Source of the DNA: a virus
Taxonomy: Duplodnaviria; Caudoviricetes
DNA: 49,938 bases
Virus record (IMG/VR): IMGVR_UViG_3300047301_000123
Location: 1 to 49,938 of that record
Direction: 5' to 3' (one strand)
Below the pieces are notes generated by a model. That model saw only the letters and a list, made by a program, of their open reading frames with translations. It did no database searches and had not been told where the DNA came from. Of the stretch, positions 46,384 to 49,938 are shown one piece after another (within the stretch, counting starts at the first letter, position 1; each line of letters begins with the position of its first letter). The position numbers and the translations under genes were made by a program.

Positions 46384-46884
46384 TCAGCGTTCGGCTACCT
46401 TAAAATACAGGGTGACATCTTCCTCTTCCCCATTGCTTTTTACGGTGTGGTTTGTGATGGTGAACGAGTTTACGCCTGTTGGAACCGCACTGATCATTAC
46501 CTGGGTGGTACCCGCAGTAAAAGTAGGTATGGTTAAGGTAACGCCATCTGTAGCCACAAAGGTCGAAGTAACAATCGATTCAGTAGGTAACATCAAATTG
46601 TAGGCTACTGCTTCAAAAGTTGGCCCTGAAACCACCGCTTCTCCGACTGTGGTCGGCCATACCGGTTCGGTAGCTCCTGTTTTCCCAGGATTTGTCACTT
46701 TGTAATACATCCCGGCGAATACCGTTGGGATCACTATGTCGTAGTCATCGGCATTTCGTGCGTAGTACACGGTGTTCGCCGCCCAGGTGCTGGGCTTATA
46801 GACGATTCCGATTACTTTTTTACTGTCAGGGTCGTGATACCCGGCTACTTTATAGGGGCCTTTTGCTGTCGCTGAATAAATCAT
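46384..46884 (-). CDS. Putative structural protein
   Basis: HDPDS, WAANTVY, GKTGATEPVWPT motifs. Confidence 0.55.
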   Translation of the reverse strand: MIYSATAKGPYKVAGYHDPDSKKVIGIVYKPSTWAANTVYYARNADDYDIVIPTVFAGMYYKVTNPGKTGATEPVWPTTVGEAVVSGPTFEAVAYNLMLPTESIVTSTFVATDGVTLTIPTFTAGTTQVMISAVPTGVNSFTITNHTVKSNGEEEDVTLYFKVAER

Positions 46885-47861
46885 ATTATGAGTTCCTTAC
46901 CGGGTGTTTGTGAAATTATCTGTTGTTTGGTTACTTCTGCTACGATTGTGTTTGAAATTTGCTCCGCCAAGGTGCTAACAGCGTTCTTTTCTACGGTAAT
47001 CGTCCTTCCGAAGCTGGAACATACTACCTGATTTGATAGCGTTTCTACGATTACCCAGTCTATCTCGTCTGGTTTTACAGAAACCGATATTCTACTAGCA
47101 TAGATCGTTAATAGCGTACCGTTTAGTCGTACCGTGGTGGCTATGGTGGCCTGGCCGACACTACCTAATGTAGACGTACCTTGTAACAGCGGTGTTAACG
47201 CTGCTTTTAGCTGCCCCTCTGCTGCTCCGAACCCGCTGCCTGCCACGGCTTTAGCCAGTACGGCCGACACACTTTGCTGCAGGGAACCGAGTGCAGTTCC
47301 GGTTAAGGCTACGTTAGCGTCATTGTTGTAGAAAGATACCGCGCCGTTTACGGGGGTTATGCTTACGCCGTTAAGTATGCCAGAAGCATCGGTTCTCAGT
47401 AGTCCGTCGAAACTGTTGGTCGAAACCCCCGCAATGGCTTTATCGAAAGTTGCCTGAAGACTGGACTGGACTGTTGTGCTCGATTGACCGATCAGTCCGA
47501 CAGTGGAAGAGGATACCTTGGATACGACACCGAGGGCACTGGCCAGCGAAACGCCTATCAGTTGCGCGGTAACGCCGACGAATGGGGTTACCGTTCCGGA
47601 AAGCGACGTAGCAATTACACTCAGTATCCCAAGAGCATTGTTCGGAGTTGTTACGCCTTGAGAACTGTTTGCCTGTTGTCCTGCGACAGCTGCAATAGTC
47701 GCTGAACCTACGGCTCCCGCGCTCAGTGGTATAGCCGCCCCGGATGCTGCCGAAGATACCGAAACTGTGGCCGCGCCCGCTACAGAGACAAAGGTCACCC
47801 CTCCCAAAGCGACTGTGGTGGTGCTATTTTGAGCGTTAAGCTGAAATAGCGTGGTTAACAT
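46881..47861 (-). CDS. Putative tail fibre-like protein (G/V/S/T/A-rich repeats)
   Basis: Recurrent L.G.S...G.V units. Confidence 0.55.
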   Translation of the reverse strand: MLTTLFQLNAQNSTTTVALGGVTFVSVAGAATVSVSSAASGAAIPLSAGAVGSATIAAVAGQQANSSQGVTTPNNALGILSVIATSLSGTVTPFVGVTAQLIGVSLASALGVVSKVSSSTVGLIGQSSTTVQSSLQATFDKAIAGVSTNSFDGLLRTDASGILNGVSITPVNGAVSFYNNDANVALTGTALGSLQQSVSAVLAKAVAGSGFGAAEGQLKAALTPLLQGTSTLGSVGQATIATTVRLNGTLLTIYASRISVSVKPDEIDWVIVETLSNQVVCSSFGRTITVEKNAVSTLAEQISNTIVAEVTKQQIISQTPGKELII

Positions 47862-48224
47862 TTAAAACAGCGTCAAATCCAGCGCTACGCCGACATAGAC
47901 CAGATAATTCAGACCGTCGATAGTGCGCTGATCGTCAAGATTGATGGTTGTTCGGGTCAGCATATCAAACACTATCCGCCGCACTACGATGTCACTGCTC
48001 TGCAAATCTAAGATCTGATCGCGCTGGGTATCAGTAAATTTAGCGTTAAATTCTGTGGTTGTTATATCTCTAGTGTTTGGTGGTAAAGGCGCTGGTATCC
48101 TGCTCCTCATTGCCGCCGCGACTAATAGCTTATTGCGCCCTAATAATTGCTCAATCGTGCCGCCTGTAACTCCGTCAATGAAAAACTCAGTGCCGCCATC
48201 TGCTGTTATTGCTATAGTAATCAT
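47862..48224 (-). CDS. Putative tail fibre-associated protein
   Basis: IT..EF..KFT..QR...INLDD.R...GL.YL pattern; directly follows a fibre gene. Confidence 0.5.
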   Translation of the reverse strand: MITIAITADGGTEFFIDGVTGGTIEQLLGRNKLLVAAAMRSRIPAPLPPNTRDITTTEFNAKFTDTQRDQILDLQSSDIVVRRIVFDMLTRTTINLDDQRTIDGLNYLVYVGVALDLTLF

Positions 48225-49186
48225 GATTTTATCTCACACGAAATTATACTTGCCGCCCAAAATACCGTAGTTCCCACCGCCGCAGCAGGAGCCGTTATAT
48301 TTATGCCCCCAGACGTTACGTCGGCAGAGTTAAGTGAATCAGGAATATTTGATATTGCAGTAATATTGGCAGCTACGAAAACCGGCAAAACCGCGATATT
48401 GCTCGAAATTAATGTAACTGTAGGCGTTCCAATTAACGATGCTGTACCTGTAGTATCAACACTAAATAGCCCCGTTACTCGCCATGCTGCTGCTGTTCCA
48501 ACAGATGATTTAGCGATAACAAATATCTCAAACACTGCGGAACTTAAATTCAATAGACAAAATGTTGTTGAGTTGTCATACGCCCCTATGTCATAAATTC
48601 CATTAGCTGACAGTATAGCTGGCCCGGTGTCGTCGGCTGTGACGCTAATAGGCGTTATTCCAGCGGCCAAACCGCTAGTGCCAAATTGATCCCCAAGTGA
48701 CTGCACTGATAATTTGTTTTGCCCTATTTGCGTTGCGAAGCCACCGCCGAATGCTGCTGAATAGCTCCCCTGATTGGTAAGTACTCCAAAGTTTACTGTG
48801 CTAGTCCCCATAGAAAACCCTGCTGCAAAATTAATCGCACCTTGCCCCGATGCAGTTCCACCAAAGCCAAAGTTGATTGCGTTTCCGCCAGATGCAGTTC
48901 CGCCATTGGCAAAATTTAACGATTTAGCGCCCGATGCTGAACTGCCATAAATAAGCCCTAGATTTAGGGCCTGATCTCCTAGCGGAAATAAGGTGCTCGG
49001 AAAAATACATGAAATACCGCCTGCGCCTTTGGGCAACAGTAACAAATGCGCGTTAGTCGTCGGCGCAACTGCTTGAATACCGGCTGCATTGATTATGTTG
49101 TTTGGTGCGGCGTTGTCGAAAACTTCGGCAATACTATTTAGTGTAAATGCATCAGACCCAGCCTTAGTAACAACGGTAGCGCCCAT
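48221..49186 (-). CDS. Putative tail fibre with YadA-head-like 14-aa repeats
   Basis: ASGAKSLNFANGGT / ASGGNAINFGFGGT / ASGQGAINFAAG. Confidence 0.6.
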   Translation of the reverse strand: MGATVVTKAGSDAFTLNSIAEVFDNAAPNNIINAAGIQAVAPTTNAHLLLLPKGAGGISCIFPSTLFPLGDQALNLGLIYGSSASGAKSLNFANGGTASGGNAINFGFGGTASGQGAINFAAGFSMGTSTVNFGVLTNQGSYSAAFGGGFATQIGQNKLSVQSLGDQFGTSGLAAGITPISVTADDTGPAILSANGIYDIGAYDNSTTFCLLNLSSAVFEIFVIAKSSVGTAAAWRVTGLFSVDTTGTASLIGTPTVTLISSNIAVLPVFVAANITAISNIPDSLNSADVTSGGINITAPAAAVGTTVFWAASIISCEIKS

Positions 49187-49662
49187 CAGTACGCCACCGA
49201 CGCACTAACAGTTGCAGCTGTGCCGGTAATCAGCGAGACAATGCAGTATAGATAAGGCCATTCGGCGGGAATGTCCGCCCCGCTTTGGTCGGTGGTGGTG
49301 CCCGTAAGGGTAGTCGTGGCTATCCCAACCCCGTTAGTGGTCGAATTGGTGTTGTTTCCGTACCATGTAATCACAGCCGAAACTGTACCCGTACCTGTAA
49401 CCGATGCCTGTATAGTTTTCCTGGATGCTGGAAAAGCGGCTACGCCAGAAGTCTGGTTAGTGGTGACCGCGCTTAGTAAAGCGGTTACCACTTTTGCTCG
49501 GGGGGTTTCCACCATAGGTAGTGGGTTACTCCCACTAACCAGTGTTTGGGTGCCGGTCGTGCCTTGTGCCAGTTTCACGATCTGGTATTTAACCCCAGCC
49601 TGATCTTCGGTGGCGATTGTGTCGCCACCGGTTCCTGGATTTAAGACGGTGTTAGCTGTCAT
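49186..49662 (-). CDS. Putative virion structural protein
   Basis: NPGTGGDTIAT...KYQIVKL..G...VSGSNPLP; Thr-rich. Confidence 0.6.
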   Translation of the reverse strand: MTANTVLNPGTGGDTIATEDQAGVKYQIVKLAQGTTGTQTLVSGSNPLPMVETPRAKVVTALLSAVTTNQTSGVAAFPASRKTIQASVTGTGTVSAVITWYGNNTNSTTNGVGIATTTLTGTTTDQSGADIPAEWPYLYCIVSLITGTAATVSASVAY

Positions 49663-49663
49663 A

Positions 49664-49938
49664 TCAATTCAGCCTAATCAAACCCGTGGAACTATCATTG
49701 GTAGGCATCGTCAGCGAGAAGTTGCCTGCAGTTACCGTTTGACTACCGAAAGTAAACACGCCTACCGCGTTTTTACCAGCGGAGGTGTCGTTGTAAATAA
49801 GCAAAGCATCGAATGCCGTCGCCAATGTCACTGTTGTCCACGCTAATGAAGCACTGGGAGTCCAGAACGCAGTCGTACCTGTGGCGGCCGGGGCCGTAGC
49901 ATTGGTTACGGCAGCACCGGCCGCAGTATAACCGGTAC
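49664..49938 (-). CDS. Putative virion structural protein, 5'-truncated by the window edge
   Basis: Open frame ...GYTAAGAAVTN...ALLIYNDT...AVGVFTFGSQTVTAGNFSLTMP...GLIRLN, ending at TGA 49664. Confidence 0.7.
   Translation of the reverse strand, partial: TGYTAAGAAVTNATAPAATGTTAFWTPSASLAWTTVTLATAFDALLIYNDTSAGKNAVGVFTFGSQTVTAGNFSLTMPTNDSSTGLIRLN

Noticed and set aside
42464-49186. Diversity-generating retroelement acting on tail genes
   Set aside because: No reverse transcriptase in the window, and I noticed no template/variable repeat pair differing at adenines.

Overview
About 50 kb of a tailed dsDNA bacteriophage genome (Caudoviricetes, podovirus-like layout; a proteobacterial host is inferred). 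The + strand arm (1-22775) carries an APSE-type replication module: DUF2800 Cas4-like nuclease, DUF2815 SSB, family A DNA polymerase, VRR-NUC nuclease and SNF2 helicase. It also has nucleotide-metabolism genes (thyA, DHFR, dCMP deaminase, DUF3310, an NrdJb/TSCPD-like protein), HU, an SPFH lipoprotein, a DHH phosphoesterase, an NAD-dependent ligase, an M15 endolysin, two damaged HNH endonucleases, many small ORFs, and a counter-oriented phoH. The convergent - strand arm (22803-end) carries virion genes, including a 4169-aa polyvalent protein. Four things stand out. (1) A structurally canonical integron attC site plus matching half-sites bracket small phage ORFs, with no integrase in view. (2) A promoter-driven non-coding cluster of about 0.9 kb holds tRNA-Gly(TCC), a duplicated 36-nt pseudoknot-like motif, a roughly 400-nt multi-pseudoknot RNA candidate and three covarying GAAAGA hairpins. 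(3) The giant virion protein contains a GGDEF-like cyclase domain next to a pyrophosphatase domain. (4) Its modules are separated by a recurring [M/L/R]-[F/H/A]-S junction motif. All protein family calls come from recognising motifs by eye; no database search was run.
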